Below, one piece after another: positions 1 through 9,682 of a stretch of 64,000 bases of DNA. Each line of letters begins with the position of its first letter. Positions within the stretch are counted from its first letter, which is position 1. The notes under the pieces were generated by a model. It worked only from the letters and a program-made list of their open reading frames with translations, did no database searches and was not told where the DNA came from. The DNA comes from a virus (taxonomy: Duplodnaviria; Caudoviricetes), in the IMG/VR virus record IMGVR_UViG_3300014206_000010, positions 1 to 64,000 of that record, one strand, 5' to 3'. The translations under genes and the position numbers were made by a program.

Positions 1-466
1 CAGAAACATTTACTACTACATTAAATGGATAAAGAACAATTTCTTCTCCTTTAACAGCTGAATTTTTTATTTCAAGTTCAACAGCAGCTCTATAAAAAGA
101 AGCATCATAAAATTCAGCATTTAATGGTTCTTGATAACGACTTGAAATATGTTCCATCATATAATTACTTTTATCAACAGATACAGCAGCAACTTTAAAT
201 ATTGCTTCATGATTATCATCAGTAACTATTTTTAATTCAACGTCTTTTACAGGATAATTAAATTGATTGATTAATCCTATTGCTATTGTTTCTTTTTGTC
301 TTTTTTCAAGAGTATGAGATGAAAGCAAATCAAATAAAGTGTTTAAAGCTCCATTTGGCACTGGCGTTGAAGAAATATAACCTCCAAGACTCTTATTAAC
401 ATCACTTTGAGGATCGCTTGAAGTTTTAACTAAAGAAGCTCCTGCTCCTGTCAAATATATCATCAT
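1..466 (-). CDS. Baseplate/tail structural protein, runs off the window edge
   Basis: ATG at 466 (MMIYLTGAGASLVKTSSDPQSDVNKSLGGYISS...), frame open to window start, lies in the baseplate gene run; not in the ORF track. Confidence 0.6.
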   Translation of the reverse strand, partial: MMIYLTGAGASLVKTSSDPQSDVNKSLGGYISSTPVPNGALNTLFDLLSSHTLEKRQKETIAIGLINQFNYPVKDVELKIVTDDNHEAIFKVAAVSVDKSNYMMEHISSRYQEPLNAEFYDASFYRAAVELEIKNSAVKGEEIVLYPFNVVVNVS

Positions 467-481
467 GATTTTAAATTTTTA

Positions 482-1930
482 TTAAGAATAATTTTTCTGT
501 TTTTCTTGAGGTTCAATATCAGCAAGATTAATAACAAATGTACTATCAGCAAGAGTTTCAGTTTGTCCTTTAATATTAACAAATTGAGCAATTGATAAAT
601 TTGAAAAAGGATATTGCACACCGCTATTATTAATCATTCTGTATTTAATTGAAACAGTAATAGTATCTGAAAAATCTGTAGACACAGAAGGCATATAAGC
701 GTAAATCCTTAATCTTGAATCTTTATTCCAAATAGATTTTTTGAAATAAAAAGGAATAGAAGGATTATCTACATTTGATGATACTGATATTTCATACTCA
801 ACTTCATTAAAATTTGGTATTACTATAAAGTCATTATCACTTTCTTCTATGATTGAAGTATCAAGATTTGAAATATAAATAGCTTTATTGACATTATTAT
901 CAATAGTAGCATATTTCATATTTTTTCGATTGAGTAACAACCAACCATTAAACATCCCATCAGGAATATTACCAGTTCCTAAAAAATTACAATTCCCAGC
1001 AATTATATTAAAAATATTAGTGTTAGAAGTAACTACTAATTCATGTCTTGTAATGGTATATCCATGCTCTACAATCAATTCAAAATCGGCTGAAATAGTA
1101 TCTAAAGAATTTATTCCTCCAATGACATTTACTGTAAGCAAACTGGTCAAAGGATTTTTTGAAGAATCAGAACTACTTGTTGTTTTAACATATGTATTAT
1201 TGAACATATAGTTTATTCTTTCATCTGATACAGACATAATATTACCTGCATCAAATTCAATAGAAGCTAAAATAAATTGGTCTTCTGTTATTGAAGGTTC
1301 ATCTTCAGAGTCAACTATTGAAATTGAGTATGAATCATATTCATATATTTGTTTATTTTCTTCCAAAGGTTGAAAACCAGGAGTAAATGTTCCAATGACA
1401 CTATATTTTAAAGATGATTCAGCTGTAAATGAACCAGAAATTATTGCTGAGGTATCTGAAAGAACACTAACAACTTCATATTCTCCAGTATTAATTGAAG
1501 ATTCAAATTTAATTTTAACAGGAAAATTTGGTTGACCTCTCAATATTTCCGAAAATTTAGTTCCATTACCTGTTAATGAACCGTCAACATTTATTGATAT
1601 GGTTCCTTCTTCAAAATTATTAATAGAACGAGAAAGTATTAACCAACGTTTTATTCCAGTATCATTGATGGTCATTTCCAAACTATCTTCCATTGATATA
1701 GCATCTAAATTGCTATCAAACGCTAAACCAGAATTTATAGTAACTACATTTGAAGTTCCTGATTTTGCTATTACTTTGAAATTATTGTTAGAAGTGTTTT
1801 GAACAATACCGTATGATTTAATGAAAGATTGAATAATTCTTTTATATCCGTCATCTTCCAAAAATTTCACAAGTCTTTGAAGTTCTGCTACTTCTAAAAA
1901 CAAATTTTCACTTGTCTTTAATCTTGACAT
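482..1930 (-). CDS. Putative baseplate/tail structural protein (482 aa)
   Basis: Beta-rich composition; position downstream of baseplate J-like genes. Confidence 0.55.
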   Translation of the reverse strand: MSRLKTSENLFLEVAELQRLVKFLEDDGYKRIIQSFIKSYGIVQNTSNNNFKVIAKSGTSNVVTINSGLAFDSNLDAISMEDSLEMTINDTGIKRWLILSRSINNFEEGTISINVDGSLTGNGTKFSEILRGQPNFPVKIKFESSINTGEYEVVSVLSDTSAIISGSFTAESSLKYSVIGTFTPGFQPLEENKQIYEYDSYSISIVDSEDEPSITEDQFILASIEFDAGNIMSVSDERINYMFNNTYVKTTSSSDSSKNPLTSLLTVNVIGGINSLDTISADFELIVEHGYTITRHELVVTSNTNIFNIIAGNCNFLGTGNIPDGMFNGWLLLNRKNMKYATIDNNVNKAIYISNLDTSIIEESDNDFIVIPNFNEVEYEISVSSNVDNPSIPFYFKKSIWNKDSRLRIYAYMPSVSTDFSDTITVSIKYRMINNSGVQYPFSNLSIAQFVNIKGQTETLADSTFVINLADIEPQEKQKNYS

Positions 1931-1942
1931 ATATTTATCATT

Positions 1943-3625
1943 TTAATAATTATTTATAAAAACAAAGATATTAGTTGAATTAAAAGGATACAAATACTTT
2001 TCTATAATATCTGTAATTTCATCTTCAGATTGACTATTGTTGTTATTTCTAATATAAGAATACAAAAATTTTGAGCCTTGAATAAAACCAAGACTATGTG
2101 AATTAATAGTTCCGTCTTTCAATGGTATTATGTTAGTTCCTCTTATTAATGGTCTTATTTTATAATTCCAAATATTTATTTCTGAATATATTCCGTTACT
2201 TATCAATTGTATTTTTGGTAATATATATTTAACAAAAGAATTGTTAAAGTATAAATTCGTTCCAAATCCTAAATTGGTTTTACTTTCATTTAAATTAGAT
2301 GAAGAATAGGCATGAATTATCCCTCTTGCATAATACCAACAATTAGTTCTTAAATTCAATAATTCTTTTTTAAAGAATGTTTCTGATATAATATCTCCAT
2401 TAGGAGTAATAAACGCATCTATCAATTTGTTTTTTAAAATATCAAATCCTTCAACTCCAAATAGTAATTTAACATCTGAAGATAATCCAGATACTATTTT
2501 AAAAGCAAATGTTATTTCATAGTCCATACGACTATCAGCTACATAGATTTTATCTGAAACGTCTTGAACTGTATTGATTCTTCCTAAACCACATATTCCA
2601 TTTTTACATGATAATTTTAAAACATTTTTATCTTCTGTGTTATTTATTGAATATGAAGAATCTCCTATATCGTTGACTGTAAAATTAGATGTTTTTTCAA
2701 AATCTTTAGTATTTTCTTTAGTCTTATTTAAATTTTCTGCTTGTGAAGTACCTTTATACATAGGAGACGATTGTCCTAAACACCAACCTGTTTTTTGTAA
2801 TGGAATATTTTCATACAAAAATTCATCACTAATTTTATTTCTCAATAATCTTATAAATTCTCCATCAATAGGAACTGTTTTACCATTATCTAAAATATCT
2901 CCTTTTCTTTTGAAAATCATTATAGTTCCACGTTTTCTTATTTCGTCATAGAAATGTTGAGAAATATATTGAAGTTCTTCTAATGTTATGTTTGACTCAT
3001 CAAAATAAATACCGTATTGTCTAACTTGTTCTCTCATTAAGAAAAAATCGCTTTTGAAATTTTCAAAACGTTTGAAAAAACAAATAAACATGCTAAAAAA
3101 TCTTGATAAAGAAAAAAATAAATCAATGAAATCTTTATCTTCATCTTTATCAGAATTTTCTGCTCTTGTTATGTATTTAGGCAATATCCCTCTGAAATAT
3201 AATTTCTTGAAAATATTAGATTCAATTTTTTTAAGAACATCACTTCCAATTGTATTTGAAAATATACTGGATGAAATAGTAGGAGCAATAAAAGTAATTT
3301 CTTCTCTTGATCCTAAAAATTGAATATCTTGAAATTCTATTGCTCCAGTTTTATCTGTACCAATTCTTGTATATCTTATTTCAATAAAAAGAGAATTTTC
3401 TGTTATATATTGATTCTTTGATAAATTTTCATAATTAAGTTCTAACCAATCAGTCCAAAATAATTCATCTGAACTTATTCTAAATTCTCTATTCAATCGT
3501 CTTGTAATAGTTTCTCCTAAAATTGTTTCATAATAACTCATAAAAGTTATTTTACCAGTTATTTGAGGATTGACTTTTACAATCAATATATCTCCAATAT
3601 TATTTAAGATATTATCTTTATTCAT
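1943..3625 (-). CDS. Putative baseplate wedge/tail protein (560 aa)
   Basis: Synteny after baseplate J; no catalytic motif seen. Confidence 0.5.
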   Translation of the reverse strand: MNKDNILNNIGDILIVKVNPQITGKITFMSYYETILGETITRRLNREFRISSDELFWTDWLELNYENLSKNQYITENSLFIEIRYTRIGTDKTGAIEFQDIQFLGSREEITFIAPTISSSIFSNTIGSDVLKKIESNIFKKLYFRGILPKYITRAENSDKDEDKDFIDLFFSLSRFFSMFICFFKRFENFKSDFFLMREQVRQYGIYFDESNITLEELQYISQHFYDEIRKRGTIMIFKRKGDILDNGKTVPIDGEFIRLLRNKISDEFLYENIPLQKTGWCLGQSSPMYKGTSQAENLNKTKENTKDFEKTSNFTVNDIGDSSYSINNTEDKNVLKLSCKNGICGLGRINTVQDVSDKIYVADSRMDYEITFAFKIVSGLSSDVKLLFGVEGFDILKNKLIDAFITPNGDIISETFFKKELLNLRTNCWYYARGIIHAYSSSNLNESKTNLGFGTNLYFNNSFVKYILPKIQLISNGIYSEINIWNYKIRPLIRGTNIIPLKDGTINSHSLGFIQGSKFLYSYIRNNNNSQSEDEITDIIEKYLYPFNSTNIFVFINNY

Positions 3626-3923
3626 TGTATGTCAAATTTTCGTTTTCTTTATTATATTTATTGACATCGTCATTGTCTGTTTCTAAAATAAGTTCACCTT
3701 CTGAATTTATATTTCCTGCTTCATCTCCTGAATGAGATAACATTAATTCTCCTTCTGTTCCGTCAACATTATCTATTTCCATAGATTTATCTAAAACTTG
3801 AGATTTGAAAATAACAGGAGTTGTACTTCCGTCATCATTCATATCAGAAAAACAGGAAATTAAAAATAAACCACTTCTTTTTTCTATTTCTGTTATTGTT
3901 TTTACGCTAACTTCTGTTTTCAT
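3618..3923 (-). CDS. Hypothetical baseplate-region protein (101 aa)
   Basis: Tightly packed/overlapping with both neighbours. Confidence 0.5.
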   Translation of the reverse strand: MKTEVSVKTITEIEKRSGLFLISCFSDMNDDGSTTPVIFKSQVLDKSMEIDNVDGTEGELMLSHSGDEAGNINSEGELILETDNDDVNKYNKENENLTYNE

Positions 3924-3924
3924 A

Positions 3925-5121
3925 TTAAATAGTTGTTAATACTGAACTGGTATATGAATAATCAAGTTCATTAGGATAATAAAATTGAGATAAAACTTCT
4001 GCATTATCTTCTATTATATTGCCATCAAGGTCACGTAATACAAAACCTCTAATACGAGGAAGTTGATATTTCGGTACATTTATATCAGCACGAGGATAAA
4101 AGTGCGTATCAGGCACGTAACGAACTCCATCAACCTGTTTAGCTGCAAAAAGTAAATTTTCCCATTCTACTTTATCACCATATTTCCAAAAACGATAATC
4201 AAAAAGTTTTGACATCTGAATCTGAATTTCCTTTCTTACTTCATCTTGATCATATGATGGATCAATATCAACTCTAAACTCTACATCAACTGTGAGCCAA
4301 TCTACATTGTTTAATTTCAAAGCATAATCGGTTGAAGTTTTTAGTAATTCTGTTAATGAAAGATATTCTTCAGAATTACTTAATATTTTATTAAACTCAT
4401 CTTCAGTGAAATCTTGTCCATTTACAGACACAACAATCAAATTTAATTTACCATCTGAATCAATACCACCTTTGTGAACTCTCAAAACATTATTGTTTAT
4501 TTTCATAAAAACTTGTTCAATGTATGACATTGTAGTTCTTGATAATTGATTGATGCTATCTTTTATTCTTTGTCTAAATAAATCATCATCTTCTTCGTCT
4601 CTTCCTCCGTCAGTACGATATTCATTTGTGCAGGCTATATGACCAGTAGGAATAGGATTTACTTTATTTATAGATAATGGGTCAACATTGGTTATTAATC
4701 CAGTTTGATTACATTTTACTTTAGCATAAGAATATCCATTGACTCCAATAACAACATCTTCCTCTAAAGAAAATGTTATGCCTGATGTACTTGTAAAAGA
4801 ATTAACATCTTTCAGATAAGTAGTTCCTTCATCCCCAACAAGTCTAACATAAGTTGAACTTGAAGAAGCTCCAAATCTTGGAGAAACTCCACGAATAATT
4901 GCAAGTTCATCTAAATATGTACCATATGCAGTATCTGGAAATATATGTCCTTCAACGATTGATTGATTTACTAAACATTTTTGACCCACTTTAGCAGCAC
5001 CATAAGCAATCCCATTTAAAACAGAATCACTACCTACATCATTAACTTTATCTGTTTTATTTAAGAATATCTCCAAAAACATTTGTTTCAATTCTTGTAT
5101 CGATGTTATTTTTGTAATCAT
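3925..5121 (-). CDS. Baseplate J-like wedge protein
   Basis: Typical J motifs: YLDELA..RGV..R, 'GGRDEEDDDLFRQRI'; ~400 aa; synteny. Confidence 0.85.
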   Translation of the reverse strand: MITKITSIQELKQMFLEIFLNKTDKVNDVGSDSVLNGIAYGAAKVGQKCLVNQSIVEGHIFPDTAYGTYLDELAIIRGVSPRFGASSSSTYVRLVGDEGTTYLKDVNSFTSTSGITFSLEEDVVIGVNGYSYAKVKCNQTGLITNVDPLSINKVNPIPTGHIACTNEYRTDGGRDEEDDDLFRQRIKDSINQLSRTTMSYIEQVFMKINNNVLRVHKGGIDSDGKLNLIVVSVNGQDFTEDEFNKILSNSEEYLSLTELLKTSTDYALKLNNVDWLTVDVEFRVDIDPSYDQDEVRKEIQIQMSKLFDYRFWKYGDKVEWENLLFAAKQVDGVRYVPDTHFYPRADINVPKYQLPRIRGFVLRDLDGNIIEDNAEVLSQFYYPNELDYSYTSSVLTTI

Positions 5122-6038
5122 ATTATTATTTTTTCTTCAGTTTTATAATCATATTTCGTTTTTATTTCAACGGTAACATTCATACTACCATTTTCATAAG
5201 AAAAATCAATAGCATTTGCATATTCAAACAAATCATTTTGTAAAAAGTTGTTTTGTATATCAGTTACTAATTCAGGATATGCAAATTGTTTAGAAGATAC
5301 TCCATTTATCAATTGATAATTTTTACCAAATAATATATTTTCTGGAACATCTCCTCTATTTAATTCCATTAAAATATTACATTTTTGTTTTACGTTATCT
5401 TGATATTTTACAATTAACAAATCGTTATCTTCAAATGTTATTTTTCTTGCAATATCTTTACCATAAATTCTTTCACCAATTGGCATATCAAGTATTGTTG
5501 TAACTACAATATCTATACTGTTATTCACTAATACATTAATAGGAGTCAATTCATCTATTTCCCAATCTGATTCATTTAAATCATTACTCAACATTAATTC
5601 AACCCAATCTGTATTATCTTTATTTACTTCTTTTACTGAATTAGCAACTTCTTCCATAGTTCTAAATCCACCAACAGATGAAGCAGATTGAATATATGGT
5701 TGATATCCTCTTTTACTTAAAGAAGTTCTTCTGAATTTAGGAAGTTTATTAATTTTTTCAATAGTATTATTCAAATCATCAATATAATCCATTAATTCCC
5801 AATATCCACAAGTTGAAAATTTATTAGCAAAATTTTTAAATTGAACAAGAACATCTTTACAATCAGATGTTAATTTCTTTAATGAATTGAGATGATAATT
5901 GTCAATGTTTTCTGTTTCTCCGGAAAAATATCTATTTATAGCAGGATATGAATTAAGCATAAAATCTCTATATCTCGTCAAAAAATCAATTAACGGATAT
6001 TTTGTAACTTTTTGAAATTCTATGATTATTGTTTCCAT
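5118..6038 (-). CDS. Baseplate wedge subunit, gp25-like C-terminus (start revised to METII at 6038)
   Basis: Immediately upstream of baseplate J; C-terminal 'IQNNFLQNDLFEYANAIDFSYENGSMNVTVEIKT' is gp25-like. Confidence 0.55.
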   Translation of the reverse strand: METIIIEFQKVTKYPLIDFLTRYRDFMLNSYPAINRYFSGETENIDNYHLNSLKKLTSDCKDVLVQFKNFANKFSTCGYWELMDYIDDLNNTIEKINKLPKFRRTSLSKRGYQPYIQSASSVGGFRTMEEVANSVKEVNKDNTDWVELMLSNDLNESDWEIDELTPINVLVNNSIDIVVTTILDMPIGERIYGKDIARKITFEDNDLLIVKYQDNVKQKCNILMELNRGDVPENILFGKNYQLINGVSSKQFAYPELVTDIQNNFLQNDLFEYANAIDFSYENGSMNVTVEIKTKYDYKTEEKIII

Positions 6039-6051
6039 TTTAAATTTTTTT

Positions 6052-6843
6052 TTATAAAGTTTTAAAAACTGTTGGAATATCTCCTGCTTTTTCTGCAATA
6101 TCGCTTAAGAGTCCTCCTATGCTTTTTGCTATTGCATTTGAAGCCACCGTTCCAAAATACTTTTTATCTGAATCTTGGTCTTGTCTTTTAATAGCTTCTG
6201 CTGGTGCAACAGCTTTCATTTCTAAATTATAATACCAAAGCATATTATTTTCTACACTCTGAGAAAATGCACTTTGTATAACTTCTACAACATAATGTGT
6301 ATTAAGAGCATAATTGTTGAATATTAAAATACAAGGATTTTTATCAGTATCTAATTCGAATGATTTATCAATCATTGATTTCAACATTTTAGTAAGTCCG
6401 TAACCAGTCTTAATTAATACATTATTTTGTAGAAGACTAAAACCTAAATTTCCTCCAAAATAAGAAATTTTTGATACATCTTCAGCTTCTTTCATTCCTG
6501 TTAATAAACGAAATTTTCTTCCAAATGTTCCTTGAATTGAAATATCTCTTGGAACAAATGTGCTATTAAAAAGAGTTGAAATTCCTCTATTAGTTTTTGT
6601 TATTGATACAATTTGAGTTTTCGTTTCCATAATATTATTAGGCATTTTAACAAATGTCATAAACCCCTTTGTATTTCCAGAACTATCTAATAATTCAAGA
6701 GAACACATATAATATTCAAAATTATCTGGAGCTAAAGAATGTAATGCTGATCTACCAATAGTATTAATAGCACTTCTTGCATTTTCTACTACTGAATTCA
6801 CAGTATTTCCAGCAATTTTCCCAGCTTGATTTAAAAATGCCAT
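6052..6843 (-). CDS. Baseplate/tube-initiator-like structural protein
   Basis: 'MPNNIMETKTQIVSITKT...FVPRDISIQGTFG' tube-initiator-like pattern; synteny. Confidence 0.5.
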   Translation of the reverse strand: MAFLNQAGKIAGNTVNSVVENARSAINTIGRSALHSLAPDNFEYYMCSLELLDSSGNTKGFMTFVKMPNNIMETKTQIVSITKTNRGISTLFNSTFVPRDISIQGTFGRKFRLLTGMKEAEDVSKISYFGGNLGFSLLQNNVLIKTGYGLTKMLKSMIDKSFELDTDKNPCILIFNNYALNTHYVVEVIQSAFSQSVENNMLWYYNLEMKAVAPAEAIKRQDQDSDKKYFGTVASNAIAKSIGGLLSDIAEKAGDIPTVFKTL

Positions 6844-6886
6844 ATAATTTTTATTTATTTACAACTTTATAACTGTATAATATCAA

Positions 6887-7153
6887 TTAAGATATAGTTC
6901 CAATGCCATTTGATGTAGTAGTCCCAGTTTGAGCAACAGGCGAACCAGCTGTCGCTACAGGTATTCCTGGAGCTACAGTAACAGTGGCTGTTTTTATCCA
7001 AGCGTCAACTCCATCTGCTATTGCATTTGCTATTGATTCAGCAAATTTTTGTTTAACGTCATTTGAATTTGATTTTTCATCAATAGGAGCGTCAAGTGCA
7101 TCTTTAATTTTTGATTTGAGCGTTGCTCTTAATCCTTCTGTGTTTATAGGCAT
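6887..7153 (-). CDS. Small spike-tip-like protein (88 aa)
   Basis: Follows the spike gene; C-terminal beta-rich 'GIPVATAGSPVAQTG'. Confidence 0.4.
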   Translation of the reverse strand: MPINTEGLRATLKSKIKDALDAPIDEKSNSNDVKQKFAESIANAIADGVDAWIKTATVTVAPGIPVATAGSPVAQTGTTTSNGIGTIS

Positions 7154-7155
7154 AA

Positions 7156-8067
7156 TTATTCAATATTAGAAATTTTACTTTTAATTGTATTTAATTTAGC
7201 TTGAATAGAAACAAAATCTGCTATATTCACTGGAGGTGAAGAAATTCCTACTGGAGTGATTACAGTCAATTTTTGAATAGCTGTCAAAATATCTTTTAAA
7301 ATTCCAGTAAGTGTATCTCCTAACACCATCGGTTCTTTACCGCTATTATGATTTATCTTCTTGCTAATGATATTTATCTCACTGTCTTTACAGTTTATTT
7401 CATTTTTAAATTCATCTTTGTAAACAAGTCCCGTACCAAGTTCATAATAAATACTTCCTTTTACTTCTCCTTTATCAGTAACTTGAATTGTAATTTTTTG
7501 ATTAGATTCAATATTAACATTTTTGTCTGAAGATATGTTTATTTCATTATCGCAACTCAAATTAAATGTTGAATCTTTATTTTCAGAACTTAATTTTATG
7601 TTTACATTAGCAGGTTCATCTTTATCCCCAACAATATTAACATCTAAAGATGAAGTGTCTCCGTCTATAAATAATTCTACAACTCTTGTTTTTTCAATAT
7701 TATCTTTTTTCAATCTATATTGATTTTCAGCAAGAGAATAATATTCATTTTGTTTCCTTAATACTCCTATTATAACAGGAAACTGTGAAATAGCATCTTT
7801 AACCCAAACAACTGCTGTTCCCCTATTTTCTTCATCATTAGGAAATGATATATTTTGCATTACATTGATATCAGCATGTACACCGCTAAAATATCCATAT
7901 CCCTTACCACCGTTTATGGTCAAAGTATTAGTTCGGTAGCAATCATTTATATATTGTTCTCGGTCAATATTTGAAGGGACTACTACAAATCCTACACCAG
8001 CACTTCCTATTCCAGTGTCTATGTTTTGAATTCCAATAACTTCTTCTTCCATATTATTTTTTATCAA
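7156..8067 (-). CDS. Baseplate central spike (gp5/gpV-like)
   Basis: Follows hub genes; beta-helix-like repeats and C-terminal 'TPVGISSPPVN' apex-like segment. Confidence 0.6.
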   Translation of the reverse strand: MIKNNMEEEVIGIQNIDTGIGSAGVGFVVVPSNIDREQYINDCYRTNTLTINGGKGYGYFSGVHADINVMQNISFPNDEENRGTAVVWVKDAISQFPVIIGVLRKQNEYYSLAENQYRLKKDNIEKTRVVELFIDGDTSSLDVNIVGDKDEPANVNIKLSSENKDSTFNLSCDNEINISSDKNVNIESNQKITIQVTDKGEVKGSIYYELGTGLVYKDEFKNEINCKDSEINIISKKINHNSGKEPMVLGDTLTGILKDILTAIQKLTVITPVGISSPPVNIADFVSIQAKLNTIKSKISNIE

Positions 8068-9676
8068 TTTTATTTGAACTTTCTTCGCTTTTCATGATAT
8101 TGATATTTTCCCAGAAAACTTGTTGTTTAGACATAAAAAATCCAAATGAATCAAGATTGACTTTCCATTTTGAAATAATATTTTCCCAATTATTTGAATT
8201 TACTTTTTCGATATCAAATGATTCACCAAAATTAATTATGTTGAAATAACTCATATTTTTTTCACCTATATTTTTACCATAAATATAAGCAGGATACATA
8301 CCCTTTGAAACATTAAGAATAGTTGTTCTTGAAACACCATTGCTTCTTACTTCATAATTATTAACAACAGAATCTACATAAAATAATTCTCCTGAAGTAT
8401 GTAAAATTAAAGTTCCTCGTTTTATTCTTCTATCTCCCATTAGAACAATCGTTCCTCTTCTTGTGAAAGCATTATATGCGTTACTTTCTATAAGAAATTT
8501 AAAATCTCGAACAGCATTGCGTATTATTCTATCTCCATTTTGTTTATTTTCATTTTTATCAGAATTAAATCTTCCAGAAAAAGCAAAATTAAAATAATTA
8601 CTTTCTACACATAAAGGCTTGCTTCCCCAAACAGATGCAAATTCAGGAAAAAATACAGCAGGCATAAATAAATTAGCTTCACGAATACCCAATAAATCAG
8701 CACGAGGAATATACTGGTACCAAGAATAAATACCTTGATTATTCCAAGATAAATCAGTTGATATAATATCTTCAGCTTTTAATTCAATTGTTGTTAAATC
8801 AATCATTTTTGTCATGCTTTCTTTATCAAATGGAGGTTTTCTAACAATCCAATAATATTGATTTCCAAATGTATCTCCAGAAAATTCAACTAATGGTTCT
8901 TGACAAACTTTTCTGAAAAAATTTAACAAAGAACCTTGTTGAGTTGATATTCCAGAATCAAGAACTTGTTTATCTTCAACTGAACTATCAATTAATAATT
9001 TAGTTATCTGCCAAATTCCAAGAGCAAATCTTCCTGACGCTGTAGTATTAGTAGTTTCAACTTTTTTAATTGAATCTAAATATTCAGTAGCATTAGCAAC
9101 TGTAATATCATTTTTTGAAGAATATTTATAATTGGACTGAGATTTTAATAAAGAATCAGAAAAATTAAGGCAAGCTGAGTCTCCATAATTTAATATTTTA
9201 CCAGTCTTTACAGAAACAAGATTTTCTTTTGCTAAAAACCAATATTTTGGATCAACTGGAATACTTCCATAATTTCTTACCTCAAGATGTAAATGAGGAC
9301 CAGTGGAACAACCACTATTTGGATCTCCTTTTGTTCCACCAGTTGTACCTATTTTTTCTCCTTCTTCAATATCATATCCAACATTTATATAACTTTCAAC
9401 ACTGTGTAAGTGCATCATAACAATGTCTATGAAAACTCCTAATTCAAATGTATGCCTTATTATGACGTATAATCCAGCTCCTTCTTTTTGAATAGTACGT
9501 TTTATAATCTTGCCACTTAATGGAGCTTTCAAAATAGTTCCTTGAACAGCTCTTATATCTATACCATTATGATTACTTATCTTTCCGTTTATATTTCTTT
9601 TACCAAAATCACTTGTTATTGATAGAGTTGAATATCCAGCTAAAAATCCTTTGTAAAAAGTTTTATATGTAGCCAT
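8054..9676 (-). CDS. Virion M23 metallopeptidase fused to baseplate-hub C-terminal part
   Basis: M23 Zn motifs HNGID (HxxxD) and GPHLHLEV (HxH); C-terminal 'GDRRIKRGTLI...FYVDSVVNNY...RTTILNVSKG' hub-like. Confidence 0.8.
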   Translation of the reverse strand: MATYKTFYKGFLAGYSTLSITSDFGKRNINGKISNHNGIDIRAVQGTILKAPLSGKIIKRTIQKEGAGLYVIIRHTFELGVFIDIVMMHLHSVESYINVGYDIEEGEKIGTTGGTKGDPNSGCSTGPHLHLEVRNYGSIPVDPKYWFLAKENLVSVKTGKILNYGDSACLNFSDSLLKSQSNYKYSSKNDITVANATEYLDSIKKVETTNTTASGRFALGIWQITKLLIDSSVEDKQVLDSGISTQQGSLLNFFRKVCQEPLVEFSGDTFGNQYYWIVRKPPFDKESMTKMIDLTTIELKAEDIISTDLSWNNQGIYSWYQYIPRADLLGIREANLFMPAVFFPEFASVWGSKPLCVESNYFNFAFSGRFNSDKNENKQNGDRIIRNAVRDFKFLIESNAYNAFTRRGTIVLMGDRRIKRGTLILHTSGELFYVDSVVNNYEVRSNGVSRTTILNVSKGMYPAYIYGKNIGEKNMSYFNIINFGESFDIEKVNSNNWENIISKWKVNLDSFGFFMSKQQVFWENINIMKSEESSNKIDKK

Positions 9677-9682
9677 TATAAA

